Shown one piece after another: positions 26,201 to 39,520 of a DNA stretch of 64,000 nt (position 1 is its first letter; each line of letters starts with the position of its first letter). The stretch is from positions 434,001-498,000 of the forward strand of contig JBLDXI010000020.1 in assembly GCA_047495785.1 (NCBI GenBank), written 5' to 3'. Origin of the DNA: Lepidodermella squamata (Eukaryota; Animalia; Gastrotricha). Under the pieces are notes generated by a model. It was given only the letters and a program-made list of their open reading frames with translations, had not been told where the DNA came from and searched no databases. Made by a program: the position numbers and the translations under genes.

Positions 26201-29200
26201 TGGTTTTCGAAGAGTTGAATGCCGACTTCTTCCGTCATGTTTTCGGTGATCTGCTCGGCGGTGAAGACGTCGACTACCGTTTACCTGGTGGTCACTTTGA
26301 CCAGTTCATCTCTGAATCTAACCGCCGACATGGTATCTTCCTCGGCGGTGGAGCTGGCAGTCGTGTTCGAGGCATGGACAATTTACTGCAAGACGGTTTG
26401 CCAGCTGGTGGCTGGCAAACAGTTGGTGGCATTGACGTGAATGGCCGATTTGACTCGCCATCTGCCGTTATTGCCGATGTTCCATCGACCTTACAACGCT
26501 GGTCGGAAGAAGCGAGATTGCTGTACGGAAACCATATCCACGACATGGTTTTGGCAGCTGACCGCCGTCTATACTCTGCGTTGTGTCGGGTACGCGAAAA
26601 GGAAATGCGCGAACAACAGCATCAACAACAGCAACAACAAGCTCAACAGCAGCAGCAGACTTCTGCTACGGCGTCGAGCGCTCTTTCGGCTGTCGGATTC
26701 GGCCAGGGCAATGCTGGACTGCGCGCCATTGGAATTGAAGAAGATATCCCAAATCCGATTGCGCCTAGCCGGTCTCGGCACCCGGCTGATCACACCGAGT
26801 CCCTTGGCCGATCAGCTCGAACCAACCCTCTACCTGCTGTCGAACAGATGGAGGCAGTTGCCGCGGCGCCCGATGCGCCGGCTGTTGAACCGAACCAGGC
26901 TGCCGAAGCGTTATTCCGGGGTGCGACCGGCCTCTCAGTCGATGAAATGCAGACGCTTGCCAGTCTTATGACATTTGGCGACAGTAGCACTGCTACAAGT
27001 AGCTCGGAATCGGCTCGGAACAGCGATTCAGTCCGGCCGGATTCAAATGTCGAACAGCCGATGGAGGCTGACGGTGCGCAATCTTCATCGCATGCGCCCG
27101 GCAGTGAATCGGTGTCGCCAGGCCGCCTGATGGAGGTTGTTCCTCCTTCATCGGAAGACACAACCCCCGCTGAAAACGTCCCTGCAACTAGCGGACCGAC
27201 AGATTTGTCTCGGGCTCGCCAGGCCAGTGCTACGACTCCCACACCCACTCCAACTACAGCAGCGCCGGTTGCTGAGGCTTCAGGTGGTCCGGCTCCCTCT
27301 GCCGCGTCAGCAAGCAACTCCGCCGCACCGGAGCAGCCAGTCGGCCTGGAAGGGATCGACCCGTCGTTCCTGGAAGCTCTTCCTGACAACATTCGGCAGG
27401 AAGTCATCGCCGAGCAAATTCGTTTGCAAAGTATGCGTCGCCAATTGCAGGAGAGCCGGGATGTATTGCAGCGTCTTGGTATCCCGCAAGACCAGGTCGC
27501 TGAAATATCGCCGGAATTTCTCGCTGCCCTTCCGCCGAACATCCAAGAAGAAATCGTCGCAGCTCAACAGGCAGAACGCGCGCGTTTGTTAGATGAGCAA
27601 CAGCGAGCCGCTGCTGCTGCCGCGGGTGGATCGGCTGCCGCTGCTCCAGCTGCTGCTGCGTCGGCGACCAGCAACCAGGCAGGTACATCGACTGGTCAAC
27701 AAGAGGGTATCGACCCTGCCACCTTCCTAGCTACTTTACCAGCTAACCTTCGCCAGCAAGTTCTCGCTGATATGGATGATTCGCTCGTCAATATTTTGCC
27801 GCAAGATTTGGCGGCCGAGGCTAGGCGATTACGCCAAGAGGCTGAAGAACGGCAAGCTCGCGTACTTCAACAGCGTTTGAATGACTTCCCGACCGGTCTG
27901 GAATTCGCCTATGGCCTTCGTCCTCCAGGTGTTGGCCGAGGTCGATTCGCCGCGTTCCGAACCTCGCTTCCTATTGGCCGTATGGGCCGGCCTCTTGCCG
28001 TGCAGCTGCGAGACGCGGCGGCTGAAGCTCGAGCTGCTGCGGCCGAAAGTGCTGTCAAGCAGTTGCTTGATCACGAAGGCCTATCTTGCCTCATCATTTT
28101 GTTGTTTGTTACGGAATCGCGAACCTACGCTGCACGACTAAAATCACTGCTGCTTTGCTTATGTCAGCATAAACCGACTCGGATATGGATTATTGATACG
28201 TTGATTTCCATCCTCAGACGAGCCGCAGACTCGGTCAGCTTACCTGACCAGCATATCAAAGTACAATACTTTTGACACCATAAATAACATAAAAATTACT
28301 TTTTTATAATTTAGAGCTCAAATGAAGCTGGTGGTTGGTTGAACATTGGCATGGAGTCAGCTCTCGGTGGCCGAACCCGGATTTTCCAGCTGCCACACGT
28401 TACTGGCAAGCGGGCAACTACCCACTCGCCATCAATCGGCATTCACCCGCAGGCTGCAACAACCGTTTGCCGGCAGGCGTTGGAAATATTGCAGGCTTTG
28501 GCGAAAAATTTCCCGAGCCAATTTGTGCAACCGATGATTAATCCTCTTGTTATCGACTCGTCTGGATCGCTGAATCCGCCACAGCAACAGCTAAGTCAAC
28601 CTGAACCTGATTTCTGGGAGGCACTGCTGAAACTTGACAATCCTCAATCGGCACCAGGTAATTTTTATTATCATAATTGAAATTGTTATTTGAATAATTT
28701 GTTAAAAATAGCTCCCAATGCCACACCCTCGACCCCATCGAAGCGTGGCCGGCTAAGAGGCGGTGTCAGTGGCACAAGTGAATCAGGTCCGACTCATGCA
28801 TCGTTGTCTTCGCCAACAGCCGTGGGTGTGGCCAGCACACCGCTAGCAGCTCTCATGGCCCTGTTAGGCGGTGCAAACGTCAAAAAATCACAACAGTTGA
28901 CTGACAAAATACTGGCGTTGATGAACATGGTTGCGCAATTGCCGAATTTGCCAGTTCAGATCAATGATTGCCAGAGACAGGCGGAGGCAAAGGAGCCGCC
29001 GGCTAAGACCACGTCGAGTGCCACTGCGGAAGAAATCAGCCAGTCGAAAGACTCTGACCAGCCTATCATTCCGAAGTTATTACCCCTTGTCATCAATGCG
29101 ATGATTGGGAAGGCGTGTTCGGAAGAAGGGCTGGAAGACGCGACATCGCTTCTCGGTCATTTATCTCTCGTCAATAAAGCGACGACCGAAACTGTGAAAC

Positions 29201-31293
29201 AGCTACTCATTGGGGCGGCTAGAGACGTCGGACGTGTGGTTTGCGCTAACGTCAGGAGTCTCTTGGCTGACATTGACCGGGTGTGCCCGCCATCTGAAGC
29301 CACTGATTCCTCAACATCGACAGATTCACACAATGTTGCTTCGAGTAGCTCGGGTGCTGCTGGTCGGCTGACTGACCGGTACACCGGAACAGAAGTGATC
29401 GTCTCTGCGCCGAAAAAGGCGCATATTTTGCCGGCTGATTTGCAACTCCCATCTGTTTCTTTGTTCACGAGCCGTACGTCAAGCCAGCGGTACCTACTGC
29501 GCATTTTGAAGGCGATTCGCCAGTTGCAGCAGCAAAATCAAGCAGCGACTACGAACGCGGCTAATATCGCCAATGTGCCGGGCGCCGCCAGGCAAAATTC
29601 AGTTGCTCCCCCACCACCAGCGGCGGCAGCAGCAGCAGCAGCTTCGACGGCTGTCCCAGAGCCAGTAGCGGCGTCTAGTGCCCAGTTGGAACAAGTTCTG
29701 CTAGCCGAACAAGTCGGCCTGGAAGATTTGTGGCGAGCCTTGAGCGATTCGCTTAGCCGGTTGGAGCAGAGTGCCGATCCTCAGGCTGTTCTGCTGTTGC
29801 AACCAGCTGTCGAGGCGTTTTTCATCGTGCATTCGAAACCACCAGAACGCCAACCAGCCGCTCAGGCAACGCAGCCTCGTGCGGGTCAGGCTCTGCAACA
29901 ACAAGCTGCGGCCCAGCAGCAGCAACAACAACCGGCCGCGCCTCATCACATAGTCCCGCCAGAGCCGATAAGCACTGCAGTGACACCGATGACGCCAACT
30001 CAGACGCAGTTACCGCCTGATCAACAACTTTTTGTCGTTTTTGCCGAAAAGCATCGCGTGGTTTTAAACCAGATTCTTCGCCAGTCGAATCAACCCCTTT
30101 CCGAGGGGCCCTTCGCTGTTCTGACTAACTACACCAGAATTCTGGACTTCGATGTCAAACGGCGGTATTTCCGGCAAGAACTCGAGCGGATGGACGAAGG
30201 CAGACGGCGTGACGATCTCGCCGTGCACGTTCGACGCCAGCAAGTGTTCGAAGACTCGTATCGCGAACTACACCGTCGCTTGCCTGAGGAGTGGAAGGCG
30301 CGATTCTTCGTCATTTTCGACGGCGAGGAGGGCCAAGACGCGGGTGGTTTGTTGCGCGAGTGGTTTGTCATTCTCAGCCGCGAGATTTTCAATCCTCACT
30401 ACGCTCTGTTCCGGACATCGCCTGGCGACCGTGTCACCTACGCGATTAACGAGCTGTCATCTTGCCATCTGGAACACTTGTCCTATTTCAAATTTGTCGG
30501 TCAGTTGATAGCGAAAGCTATCTACGAGAACAAATTGCTTGACTGCTACTTCACTCGCTCGTTCTACAAACACATTCTGGGCATCCCGGTCAAGTACACT
30601 GACATGGAATCTGAAGACTACACCCTCTACCGGAACTTGGTCTATTTACTCGAGCACAACGCAACCGAGTTAGGGCTCGATTTGACATTTTCGACTGAAA
30701 TCCCCGAATTCGGTGTCATGCGAGTTCGGGATTTGAAGCCGGATGGGCGCAATATAGCGGTCACTGAAGAGAACAAGCGTGAGTACGTGCAGCTGCTTTG
30801 CCAGATGAAGATGACCGGCGCTATCGAGCAACAACTCGACTCTTTCCTCGAGGGCTTCTACTCGATTATCCCACGTCGCCTCATTTCGATATTCAACGAG
30901 CAGGAACTCGAACTGCTGATATGCGGCCTGCCTACCGTTGACATCGAAGACCTGCGCGTAAACACCGAGTACCACAAGTATCAGCCCCAATCGCTGCAGA
31001 TTCAGTGGTTATGGCGGGCGTTGCGGTCGTTTTCCGACGCCGAACGGGCTCGGTTCATGCAATTCGTCACCGGAACATCCAAAGTACCGCTTGGCGGTTT
31101 CGCCAATCTCGAAGGTATGCACGGTGCTCAGAAGTTCCAGATCCATCGGGACGACCGTTCAACTGAGCGTCTGCCGACGGCACACACCTGTTTCAACCAA
31201 CTCGACCTGCCTCCGTATGAGACGTACGACAAGCTGCGCGAAATGCTGTTGATCGCAATCACTGAAGGATCGGAAGGTTTCGGTTTCGCGTGA
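17211..31293 (+). CDS. HUWE1: HECT E3 ubiquitin ligase HUWE1 (about 4,300-4,400 aa, about 11 exons)
   Basis: Spliced N-terminus [18 protein letters not shown]; ARM-like region, UBA ([13 protein letters not shown]), WWE, acidic tract, UBM repeats ([18 protein letters not shown]) and HECT ending [14 protein letters not shown]...EGFGFA. Confidence 0.97.
20066..20209 (+). ncRNA. Probable intronic box H/ACA snoRNA in HUWE1 intron 20036-20216
   Basis: Hairpin 1 gcaatgc/gcattgc with internal pocket; H box ACATAA at 20132-20137; hairpin 2 atttag..cacc/ggtg..ctaaat; ACA at 20204-20206 plus 3 nt; total about 143 nt. Confidence 0.65.
21740..21801 (+). ncRNA. Intronic box C/D snoRNA, SNORD44/U44-like (18S Am166 guide), copy 1
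   Basis: C box ATGATGT 21744-21750, D box CTGA 21795-21798, guide TATTAGCTCTA complementary to conserved 18S UAGAGCUAAUA; D box is 71 nt from the 3' splice site of intron 21699-21869. Confidence 0.85.
23241..23305 (+). ncRNA. Intronic box C/D snoRNA, SNORD44/U44-like (18S Am166 guide), copy 2
   Basis: C box ATGATGA 23247-23253, D box CTGA 23298-23301, same guide at 23286-23296, aatt/aatt terminal stem; D box is 66 nt from the 3' splice site of intron 23197-23367. Confidence 0.88.
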
Positions 31294-32001
31294 TCGGAAT
31301 GTATAAAAACTTTTTCAACCCTTGGAAAACATTGATGCTGTGAGCAAAAATTGGTCGTTTTTTAATTTCTTAAAAAAACTTTATCTTAGCCACATGTGTA
31401 TTAAGCGCTCGTCTTACCACAACTAAAATTTTGGTTACAATCTGTGACTGTATATATAGCGGTAGATGACAAATAAAATCGTTATATTCTAGCATTAATG
31501 ATCGAGTTCGAACTCTGTTGTGCTCTTCTCTAGTGTTGTCGCTTATCTTGCGTTGGTGTGGTTTAAGTTTTCTGATACATACCGTTCTGTTCGGACTCAA
31601 GAATGTGCAGAATTCTTATTCATTATACATATATATTCTTATTATATATAAAATGATATATATCAGTGTGGAAATGCAACAAAATGATTACATGATACCA
31701 CGCCGCTATTTGAAACTGTGGTTTTGTCAAAATGATATAATATCTATCTATCTTTGGTTGTAAATACAAAGAATCGTATAGCAGAGAAAGAAATATCTAT
31801 ACTGAAAAACTGTAATAACTATAATTGGAACAGCTATTCAAGGAAAATCGGCATGCCAGCTCTGAGCATCTAATGCGCAATGTTTCGGTCATTTTGTTCG
31901 TAAAATCTTGGCTTTGTCTCATTCAACAATAAAATAATAAAAGCAATCAATATGATATAAATCGGGCTCATTTTTTTTAATTTTAGGGCTGACTTTTTAA
32001 A

Positions 32002-33071
32002 ATGCCTGAAATCGACAGCGACTGCATGACTTTGACGCGCTTCGTGCTTTCGGAGCAGCGCAAACATGCTGGAGCAACTGGTGACCTCACCAAGGTACTG
32101 AACGGCCTCCTTACTGCGGTTAAGGCCTGCTCAAATGCTGTTCGTAAAGCTGGTTTTTCAATGCTCTACGGCCTGGCTGGTAGCACCAACACTACTGGTG
32201 ACGACCAAAAGAAACTGGACGTATTGTCGAACCAAATGTTCATCAATGTAGGTCCCCATATTTTCATCTAGATGAATTTTCAGTACACCTTGCTTTGCAG
32301 ATGCTCCGATCGTCTTTTGCTACTTGCCTGTTGGTATCGGAAGAGGACGAAACCGTGATTGAGGTGGATCCTGAACACCAGGGAAAGTACATCGTGTGTT
32401 TTGATCCCCTCGATGGGTCGTCTAATATCGACTGTCTCGCCTCCATTGGCACAATTTTCGGAATTTATCGTAAGACCCACGATGGCCCTGTGTCCCAATC
32501 GGACGCTCTGCGCCCCGGCCGCGAAATGGTGTGTGCTGGTTACGCTCTGTATGGGTCAGCTACTGCCCTAGTTCTCGCGACTGACTCCGGGGTCAACGAA
32601 TTCATGCTCGACCCTTCTATTGGCGAGTTCATTCTGACGAACCGCAATTTGAAAATCAAGCCCAAGGGCAACATTTACTCGTTGAACGAGGGCTACTCGA
32701 AGTCATGGGACAAGGCGGTTACCGAATTCGTAAACCGCAAGAAGAGCTTGCCAAAGCCATATGCTGCCCGCTATGTTGGCTCGATGGTTGCCGATATCCA
32801 CCGAACCCTGTTGTACGGAGGCATTTTCATGTACCCAGCCACCAAGGACGCCCCGAACGGAAAGCTGCGTCTGTTGTACGAATGCAACCCGATTGCATAC
32901 ATCATTGAAAAAGCTGGTGGCATTGCATCGAACGGTCGTATGCCGATTCTCGACATCCAGCCGACTGAAATCCACCAGCGGGCTCCTTTCTTCGTCGGTT
33001 CGAAGGAAGAAATGACCGAAATACTCCAGCTGTACAAGGAAATGGACTCTGCCAATGGAGTCGCGAAATAA
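32002..33071 (+). CDS. FBP1: Fructose-1,6-bisphosphatase (2 exons)
   Basis: [43 protein letters not shown] and [11 protein letters not shown] motifs. Confidence 0.96.
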
Positions 33072-33366
33072 ACCGGATTCTTCCTAACTGCTGATTCAGG
33101 AGATAACTAATATATTGATATAAAATGTCTAGAATAGACAGAAAAACTTCACGAACACTGATGTGCCCAATATCCTAATCCAATGTGATTTTTCTTCATG
33201 GTTATGCTGAAGTATTAGTTATTTTTCAGCCAGGATATGTTTAGTTTGACCAGGACCGGTACTAATGATAAAGTGCTCTACCAATTCCAACTTATTAATA
33301 AATGATGCAATTGAAGCTCCTCTGTTTATTTTTAGACCATTTTGAGCATGTAGAGAGAGGGATGAA

Positions 33367-35013
33367 ATGACTCTGCCTGTTACCAAAGCCGCTGTGATGA
33401 ACGACCCACTGGTCGGCACGCAAATTCTAGGCTACCGAATGGGTGTACGGCTTGGGCAAGGCTCGTATGGCACCGTTAGTAATCTTATACTTAAGCATTC
33501 CATTGAAAAACACTTCATTTTTCAGGTATATCGCGGTGAAAAAATTAGCTTCAGTGATCTTTCTGAACTTGATGGTTCCCTGCGGCAAGCCGTAGTCGCT
33601 ATAAAATGCATCGAAAGAGGCCGGCTGTCCAAATCTGGCGAGGACAACTTAGTCGGAGAAATCGCCACCTTGAAAAAGCTCATCCATCCTAATATAGTTC
33701 GACTAATAGACTTTTGGGTAAGTTAATTCCGGAACCTGGCACAGAACTTTCAATTTACAGTTTTATTCTTTTCAAAAGTGGGACAACTTTAGAGTCTACC
33801 TGTTGACTGAATATTGTGCAGGTGGCGATTTGGCCAACTACCTCGCGCGAAACGGAGCGTTACCTGATCACATGTTGCATAAGGTGACATCGCAGCTCGT
33901 CGAGTCACTTTACTATCTCCACGGGCTAAATATTGTGCACCTGGACATTAAGCCGCTGAACATTCTTCTGACGTCAACCGTCGATCCAGATGTTAAGCTG
34001 GCTGACTTTGGCTTCGCTCGAAAATTGGTCGCGCCAACGAAAGCGTTGGTTGGATCTTTGTTGTACATGTCCCCTGAAATGGTGCGTGACGGTGTGGTAG
34101 ACAAACAGGCCGATATGTGGAGCCTAGGCACAGTGCTGTACGAGTGTGTCTATGCGATACCCCTATTTGCGTCGAAAACTGAGGAGGAATTGCTCGAGAA
34201 GCTAACTTCCGAAGATCCGGTCAAGTTGCCGGCTACCCCGAAGATCAAAGAATCTTTTCGTGACTTGCTCTTCCACTTACTTCAACGAAACCCTAGAGAG
34301 CGTCTTTCAATCGAATCGGTGCATTCTCATCCATATGTCACGAAAGTGAAACCGAAACGTCCTGGCGCCCCGGGCCTGACGCGCCCGATGTCTGTGCCTG
34401 TCACTTTACAGAGTACAGCTAGAGTCGATGCGTACACGTTAGGAGTCGCCAAAGAGATCACGCGCTTCCGTCCTGATTTTGTTGATAAAGTAGCTAGGTC
34501 GATTCATTTGATTGAACAGGCGCTAGATGCCGAGAATCATCAGGATTGGCCGCATGCGTATCAGCACTACACTGGGGCTGTTGAGCTGGCCCTGCCTATT
34601 TATCAAAGTTTTCGCCAGGATGCAAATGCAACGACTGAATTAAAGTCAAAACTTCGGCAAATTGTAAAGAAAATTATTCTTAGGTTGTTCTATGATTATG
34701 TGGGTTTTTTAAGGTGGACGATTGGTTACGGCGTGGCGAGGAGGCGAAACGACGGACGCAAGTTGCCGATACTAAGCAGGTTGGCATTTACTGTGATCGA
34801 ACCCATTCAACTTCCACTTCGTTGCCTGTAACACAAATGACTGTTAATGTAATTCCTGAAATTGCTGCTAGGAAACCTGGCCGCGGCGCAACGCCAAGTC
34901 CGCTGCCGCCTGTAAACCCTCTCCAAAATGTGGATCAGGCGCCAAGAGATGATCTCATACAACCCGGTGGCAATTCTTTTGGTATGTCTGATTTTTGCGC
35001 TTATTTTACTTGA
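33367..35013 (+). CDS. ULK3: ULK3-like Ser/Thr kinase with one MIT domain (4 exons)
   Basis: LGQGSYGT, VAIKCI, NLVGEIATLKKLIHPNIV, HLDIKPLN, DFGFA and GSLLYMSPE; C-terminal MIT-like helices (A..LIEQALDAE...AYQHY...WLRRGEEAK). Confidence 0.8.
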
Positions 35014-35330
35014 ATTAAGATTTTCATTTTTCAGCGAACAGCTGTAATTTACAATAGAAATCACTCTCTCTCTGCTTTCTGCGATCAACAAACGTTTCGA
35101 TTTTAATACAACGACTTCTATTTTTGAATATCGATCAATAAAAGAAAAAAGAACGATTAGCAATTATTGTCTTTATTAAAAAGATCAACTTGAAAACAAG
35201 AAGATCAATAATTTGGAACCGGGTAAAGCAAGTAAACCGGATGATGTACAAATGCTTGATGTCATGATACTGAAATGGTCCAGCGAAACAATGTCGATTT
35301 GAATAATGCGATTAAAAATTACAGAGCCAA

Positions 35331-35826
35331 CTAATGACAATAAGAAACGAAATTACAAGAAACGATAAACGGCGAGCACATCGATTGTCGCCAGCATGGA
35401 GTCGGGTAGGCGGTTGCCAAGGGCTTGACTTCGGTTTGCAACTTCGGTGTCGTCGAACGGCTTGGTAACGCCAAACGTCGCTTTGAGGGCACGGTGCGTT
35501 TCTTTGAACTGATTTTTGGCGCAACTGGTTGCGGTGTCGGTGTTTGATAGCTTGGGCGACTGCCGAGGGAGTCTATACAAATTGTTAACGTTGTTTTAGA
35601 AAAAGGTTTCATGGCGCAATTCGCAAAATTTACCTCGGCAAGCAGCACGCGTCGGGGTTGGATTGCGAGGGCGTGGTGGCATGTCCGATCGATTTCGACG
35701 ACGGCTACAACGGCCAGCAGCCAGCAGCTCACGATCGCTCCAGTCGAAGCTGGCTGTTTCGAGCGAGTCGTCTTCGTGGCAGCGACGCATAGCTGATGGC
35801 GTAGGCGTTCGTGGACGAATAGACAT
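35331..35826 (-). CDS. Orphan small basic R/S/P/T-rich protein (2 exons, about 144 aa)
   Basis: ATG in gccATG context; GT-AG intron of about 60 nt joins ORF 35596-35826 to the frame of ORF 35331-35732; many TP motifs; TATA/CCAAT/GC promoter upstream. Confidence 0.55.
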
Positions 35827-35909
35827 GGCGAGTTTATAGCGTTAAGAAAAAGCTTGATTCTAGATTATCGTCTTGATTGCGAATGCTTCCTACGTGGACG
35901 AAACGCGAG

Positions 35910-36025
35910 GATTATATAGCGACTGGGAACGCGCACGCTGATTGGCTGTGCACTAGTGTCGTGCGCACGGCTCTAAGCTCCGCCCCCTCGACACAAGCGG
36001 GCGCACAAGTGGACTGGGGCGGAAG
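35910..36025 (-). promoter_or_regulatory. TATA, CCAAT and GC-box promoter
   Basis: On the minus strand TATATAA (35912-35918) and CCAAT (35941-35945), plus two GC boxes near 35980 and 36016, ordered toward ATG 35826. Confidence 0.6.
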
Positions 36026-37857
36026 GGACTCTTGAAGCTGTCAATTTCTAATGAAATCTGCATCAGCCACTTCTACTGTGAATCGGTGGTGATTTAATCG
36101 ATGTATCATCAACATTTCCTGCAAGTAGCTAAGGTGTCAAAAATGTCATAAACAAACGAATACATTGAAGAAATTACTTGAAACGAAAAAAAGTAGCTTG
36201 ATCTTTCTGCTCTGCGGTATTTATCAGCCACCCGTTATAATCAGTCGTGCTGCTCGTTTCTCGGCATAGTTATACGGAGTTTAATTTTTTTTATTTTCTT
36301 TTACGATCGGGGATTTCATCATCTTACTCATATTACTTGGGAATTGGCATGAACATTTTTGTAAACACGTTGACTATTTTTCGTTTTTATTATTTCGCTT
36401 GTAATTCGAGATCATCATTTTTATGCTTTTCATGATTTATTGCTGATTGCTGTCACTAGCAATTAACCTGTCGTCACACGTCACACCCCTCTCCTCTGAT
36501 CAGAGGTGAGTGACACTTCCGGGTGCATTCGCTGTTAACAAACAAGCAGGTGCGTTTGCACTCTTTTCGAGTGTTTCGGCACCGCTCATCAAATGGGCCG
36601 CAGGCCGCATATCACCGGATCGCTAAATTACGGAAAAACAAATCGCGCGTTCACTCTTCGACACCCCACCTGTGTGCTTACACCGCAAATCACGCAATTG
36701 ACTGCGCGAGCCAGGAAGATGAAGTGTTTGACGCGCTACCTGATTTGAGTATAAGTACATATTTCAATCACTCATGGACTCTCAAATGTTATTTTTATTC
36801 AGTCGCCGGTCTTTACTGACGTTAATTGCGGAAAATTTGAAATAATTTGGAAGTTGGTTAACCATGACGATAAAGCTTGTGAGTAATATAGTATATTATA
36901 TTACTCACTATATTACATATTACTCAGGTACTATTCAGGTACTATATTACTCACAAGCGATAAAGAGCCCACTGATGAGTGACACCTCGCACCAGGAACT
37001 CGAACAGTCACGGAGCTTTCAGAGGTGTTACTGCGAAGTGTTGCATCGTCTTGCACAGATGTGTGTTTATGTGTCTTCGCTAGGTTTTGCGATTCGCGAC
37101 GATGCTACTGATCACGGCTTGTTGTCATTAAGTGCTCCACTCGTTGACTTTTGATTCATTTGGTTAACGATTAGCGGACAACTTTATGGATAAATTATGG
37201 TTTATTACCAAACCTCACAAGACTCCAACGGTTACAACGGTCAGCTACATGGTAATATTTCATCTAGAACCAAATGTTTTTGCTGTTTCTGCTAATTTCG
37301 ATCGATGACACACAGCTCGGCGGTTGTATGATGAGCTGGGCACTCACGCTGTCAGCATAAGGATGAGTAATTCAGTTTACAATTGACGGCTAACCAACTT
37401 TACTACAAAGATTTTTTTATCACGATATCAACTGAACATCAAATATCTATACCTACAGCTAACCTTCGACACGCGAAAAGAACCAGATTTAGCCAAGGTT
37501 ACGGCGCCCTGAATTTTATCTGCAATATAATTGATAGCTGAAAGCCGCCATAGAGCGAAACCAGCCCACGCGCACCTTCTTGCGATTTTGCGATGTCGAA
37601 AGCGTGCCGTTCCGCTTTTGACGCACCGACGCGCCTTTGTCTGCGCGAAACCGCGACCGCACATTTGCGCGCGCGCGCCTGATGGGCCTAATGACTGGGC
37701 GCAAATGTTCGCGCTGCGGTTTCTCAACACATTTAACTTTACATCAACGATCAGATAAAATCAACGATGTCAGTATTAATACAGCGAGTTAGCCAAGGTA
37801 TAAGTCATTCATTCGCGCGTTCAAACGAATATTTCGAAACATTTCTACTGCATCGTG

Positions 37858-38372
37858 ATGTCTACTCGCATTGCCAAGTTTGTTGCTAGTGAGCTGCGCC
37901 ATTCATCCTCTGAGGCTTGTATCAAAGAAGAGTGTTTCTTCTCAACACCGTCTCCAACGCCATCGCCGACAATTTGCTGGACTCCGACCACTGATGAATC
38001 TGAACCACCGACAAAGAAGCAGCGTCGTTCAGTTACTCCTGGCTATGGTTAGTTGAACTGAAAAATTTAATTTACAGATCGTTCATTGTCTCTATTTTCT
38101 TTCCTTCAGAAGTCGCTGTGGTTGAAGCCAAGTGCTGTGACGTCGAAATCACTCGCTTGCGGCAAATAATCGCAGACAAAGCGTGCAAAATCGCTATTCT
38201 TGGCCAGCAAGTCCAGGAGCTGTCGATTCAGAACGAAGCGCTGCGTCAGGACGCCGCGACGTTCACCCGTCTTCGCGAGGAAAATCTGCGCCTGCTCGGC
38301 GAGCTGGAGCGAGTTCGCTTTACTGTCAGTGCTTTTGAGTCTCTCCTTCTTGAAGACAGCGATTCCGACTGA
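37858..38372 (+). CDS. Orphan nuclear coiled-coil protein (2 exons)
   Basis: SP/TP-rich N-terminus and NLS-like PPTKKQRR; GT-AG intron of about 62 nt; heptad-rich second exon ending EDSDSD-stop; AATAAA downstream. Confidence 0.6.
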
Positions 38373-38519
38373 GTCATTTGTTGTCTGTATTTTTGTGCTC
38401 TGCTCTTGTTTTTGTTATGACTGACGCTGCTTTCTCTTTCATCGCTTATCAATAAAATGAGAGGTGGAATTTTGCAGTCTTTTTTCCGGGTACCGTAGCG
38501 CAGGAATTTGTCGGAGAGG

Positions 38520-38797
38520 TTTTGGACAAAAAGTCGGGAATAACAAGCGCAAACCGAACAACGCACGCCGGATCGTCCAGCTAGCGAATTCGAAGTCGAA
38601 ATCGCTCGCCTTCGACGCCGTCGACTTCGCTTACTACAAGTTCAGCTAGTTAAACACCGCAGCTATCGACTGTCAATTCGCTGAAACACGAAAAAATGAA
38701 GCTTTCGAAAGATAACAGCCGACTTCGAACAATGCTGGCAATGCAGGCTGAAAAGCGGCCGAGCATGCTGAGACTATGGCTTACGCGTTTGTTCTAG
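38520..38797 (+). pseudogene. Degenerate partial paralog of the adjacent coiled-coil gene
   Basis: gaagtcgaaatcgctcgcctt (EVEIARLR) mirrors gacgtcgaaatcactcgcttg (DVEITRLR); coiled-coil-like sequence continues in another frame; no start codon. Confidence 0.4.
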
Positions 38798-39520
38798 TGG
38801 AAAAAATTACGGCGCCTTTCTATACAAAACTGTGTTATCGTGATTGTGTGGGTGTTACATTTAGCAACAACTAGGGACGCTAGAGAGCTGATTGGCCGTT
38901 AGAGAGTCACGCGAGAGAGACGCGTCCAAAGTTACCAGCTAATTCCGCCCATATTCCGTAGGTGATAAATATATCCGCCGTCTGCTGTGCAGGCCGGGTT
39001 GCGAGTGCTGCAAAAGAAAATGCGAAAAAATTTGAAACAAATAAACACAAGAAAGCCACAAAATATCATTTTTATTATTTCGATTAGGGATTAAGACTCG
39101 ATTTTACCAAAAAAGCAGCCTTATTCAGTTATTTCTACCGCAGTCAAAATTCATGCAGCAATATTAAGAGATTCACCCTATCTGTGCTTCCTTTTCGAAA
39201 CATTTTACAACACTTGGAGATGTGCCCATTTACAAAAAATAAAGAGCCGAAACAATCATTATACGATTCCATCCAGTAATATTTGGCTTCGTCGACAGAA
39301 GAAATAAAACCGTAAGAAATGATAAAGAGATAACAACTTTGCAGAGTTACATTTTAATATTTACTGGTTCGCACGGTCAAAAATCTACGAGTGCTAGCAC
39401 ACCAAGTCACTCGATCCAGGAGCACATGAGGACGGGGGTAAAGGAAAAGCAGGTGCTTGAAAATTGCAACCACAGTGGTAAAAAATAAGCAGATATATCG
39501 AGTGGCTGGCTTCAGCAGGG

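Noticed and set aside
25034-28141. Many alternative-frame and antisense ORFs inside HUWE1 (also in FBP1 and the GC-rich membrane gene)
   Set aside because: Shadow ORFs of GC-rich, low-complexity coding sequence with no independent motifs.
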